A stretch of 63,192 nt of DNA, the filler included, from Octopus bimaculoides (taxonomy: Eukaryota), in NCBI RefSeq assembly GCF_001194135.2. It is 7 parts of 6 records of this genome, joined end to end, with 100 filler letters (N's around TTAATTAATTAA, not from the genome) between each part and the next. Parts side by side here need not be neighbours in the genome. Positions count along the whole stretch, not along the records: positions 60,105 to 63,192 come from NC_068994.1; 6 more parts are not named here. One strand, written 5' to 3'. The position numbers were made by a program, and so were the translations under genes. This document shows positions 61,512-63,192 of this stretch, piece after piece. Position 1 is the first letter of the stretch. Every line of letters begins with the position of its first letter. The notes below the pieces were generated by a model. It was not told the DNA's origin, did not search any database, and saw nothing but the letters and a program-made list of their open reading frames with translations.

Positions 61512-62514
61512 GCTAGCTAGCTAGCTGCCTGCCTGCCTTCCTATCTGTTTTGTCTGACTGTCTGTTTGTATATGTATGAACATATATAATGTGCATATTT
61601 AATCATTCGGGAATGTGGTCTTATGGCATATTGCATATATGTATGTAGATGAGTGTTTGTATATATATACATATACACCCCCCCCCTATATAAATGTTTT
61701 TCTTCATATCCTTCTCTAGATCCAGATCCAAATGTATATGCCCATGCATGCTTATACGTACATACACACAAGCACACATAATCATTACATTCATATATTA
61801 CATATATATACTTACACACACAGACGCACACACACAAACACATCACAAACACACGCAAATACACAGAGGCTCATACAGACACATATACGTATGTATTTAC
61901 TTACAGACAGCGCAAGATGTATATATATATTTTTCTATGTATGTATTTATACCTACTGGCATACATGCACATATATGTGTATATATACATATTGCAGATA
62001 TATGCCTCTAAGTCTCAATGATATATATATAAATAAATATTTTTATATATTTGTACGTACGTCTGTGTATCTGTGCAACTTTTTTTATAATCTCAATATA
62101 CACACCTACAGATATATCTTTAGTGATATGAAAATTTAAAAAAAACACTGGAACACCTGCATAAAAACTGCACATTTCCACTTCATGTATACATCATTGT
62201 TTTTAAAAATATATAATTTACATATGCATCATTTATAAATCCTACATTTTAACATAAGCACACTTCTTATGCAGTTTATACATGAGCTCTAAAAGGAGAC
62301 TGACGCAGGAATAACGGTATCCAATAGAATATCTTCTACATTGCTGTTGTAGTTACCAGGAAAAGCAACCAAATCTTCCTCCAGTCTAGCTATATTACCA
62401 TAAATTTAGTTTTACACTCTTCATTACACTGTGCATTGGCAGTGATCCTGCTTTTAGTGACGAAACCGCACAGTCACAGGGCAAACTTCTTAATCATACA
62501 GCCATTGAAGCATC

Positions 62515-62848
62515 TCTCCAGCCTTCATCAGGTGTCCTGGTAGAATTTTGAACCCAACCCTGCGTTCTTATTCCTAAGGTATTATTTTATATAGCTGATC
62601 ATGTATAGAAAAGCGGAGACCACCATCCCCTGTAGGATGAAGTTAAAAAAATAGACAGAGGAGACCACTGGAAAATACGAAACTAAAAGAAGCAGCACAT
62701 ATGCTAGGACACAACAACCTCTTGAGCAGACCTAGTGTACATATGAGTAGAATATGGGAAAGATACAAAAATTCAAATATAGCATAATGGTTAAGCGCGC
62801 GAGCTACTAACCCCATGATTGCGAGTTCAATTCCAGGCAGTGCCTTGA

Positions 62849-62888
<40 letters not shown>

Positions 62889-63050
62889 CCAGTAAAAAAT
62901 ACCTTAGGAATGAGAACCCAGAGTTGGGTTCAAAATTCCGCCAGGACACCTGATGAAGGCTGGAGAGTAAATCAGCTGAAACGTTGTACTAACAACAAAC
63001 AAGATGAGGACACATATCCGTCCAATGTAAATAATGCAAAGAATTCCTCA
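62515..63050 (+). mobile_element. Penelope-like insertion: inverted partial pLTR, GIY-YIG C-terminus, pLTR with hammerhead
   Basis: IDRGDHWKIR (frameshift) KEAAHMLGHNNLLSRPSVHMSRIWE; 62515..62589 is the reverse complement of about 62893..62967; tRNA-like head plus (TAA)n at 62780..62885. Confidence 0.8.
62946..62989 (+). ncRNA. Type I minimal hammerhead ribozyme motif
   Basis: ACAC-CTGATGA-A-GGCTG-GAGAGTAAAT-CAGCT-GAAACGTT-GTAC; palindromic ACGU stem III; stem I only 2 bp intact. Confidence 0.65.
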
Positions 63051-63087
63051 TCTCTAAAATATAGAACAGTAGTGATACTAAGTAGGC

Positions 63088-63088
<1 letters not shown>

Positions 63089-63118
<30 letters not shown>

Positions 63119-63192
63119 CTTCTTCTTCTTCTTCTTCTTCTTCTTCTTCTTCTTCTTCTTCTTCTTCTTCTTCTTCTTCTTCTTCTTCTTCT
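63089..63192 (+). repeat. (CTT)n microsatellite, at least 34 units, running off the window end
   Basis: Direct reading. Confidence 0.95.

Overview
AT-rich, microsatellite-saturated eukaryotic genomic DNA with many N gaps. The SINE, LINE and microsatellite content points to an octopus-type (coleoid cephalopod) genome; this is inference. Only two host coding segments are supported: two divergently oriented first coding exons of SLC22-family (organic cation/anion transporter) paralogues (10780..10933 minus; 26569..26737 plus), with an intron at the same phase-1 position. The rest is transposable elements: several tRNA-derived SINE families, RTE, CR1, R4/Dong, Tx1/L1 and Penelope-like retroelements, a hAT element, Tc1/mariner remnants, a MITE and a 2.2 kb foldback element. 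The most notable signal is about nine hammerhead-ribozyme motifs of the minimal type-I, Penelope-associated kind. They include a three-copy family with a non-canonical CUGUUGA core, and a fully base-paired CCGAUGA variant lying sense in intron 1 of one SLC22 gene. Six 100-bp spacers (44 N + TTAATTAATTAA + 44 N) mark scaffold joins, so order and orientation across them are uncertain. All alignments and folds were done by eye; element boundaries are approximate unless a TSD or TIR is cited.
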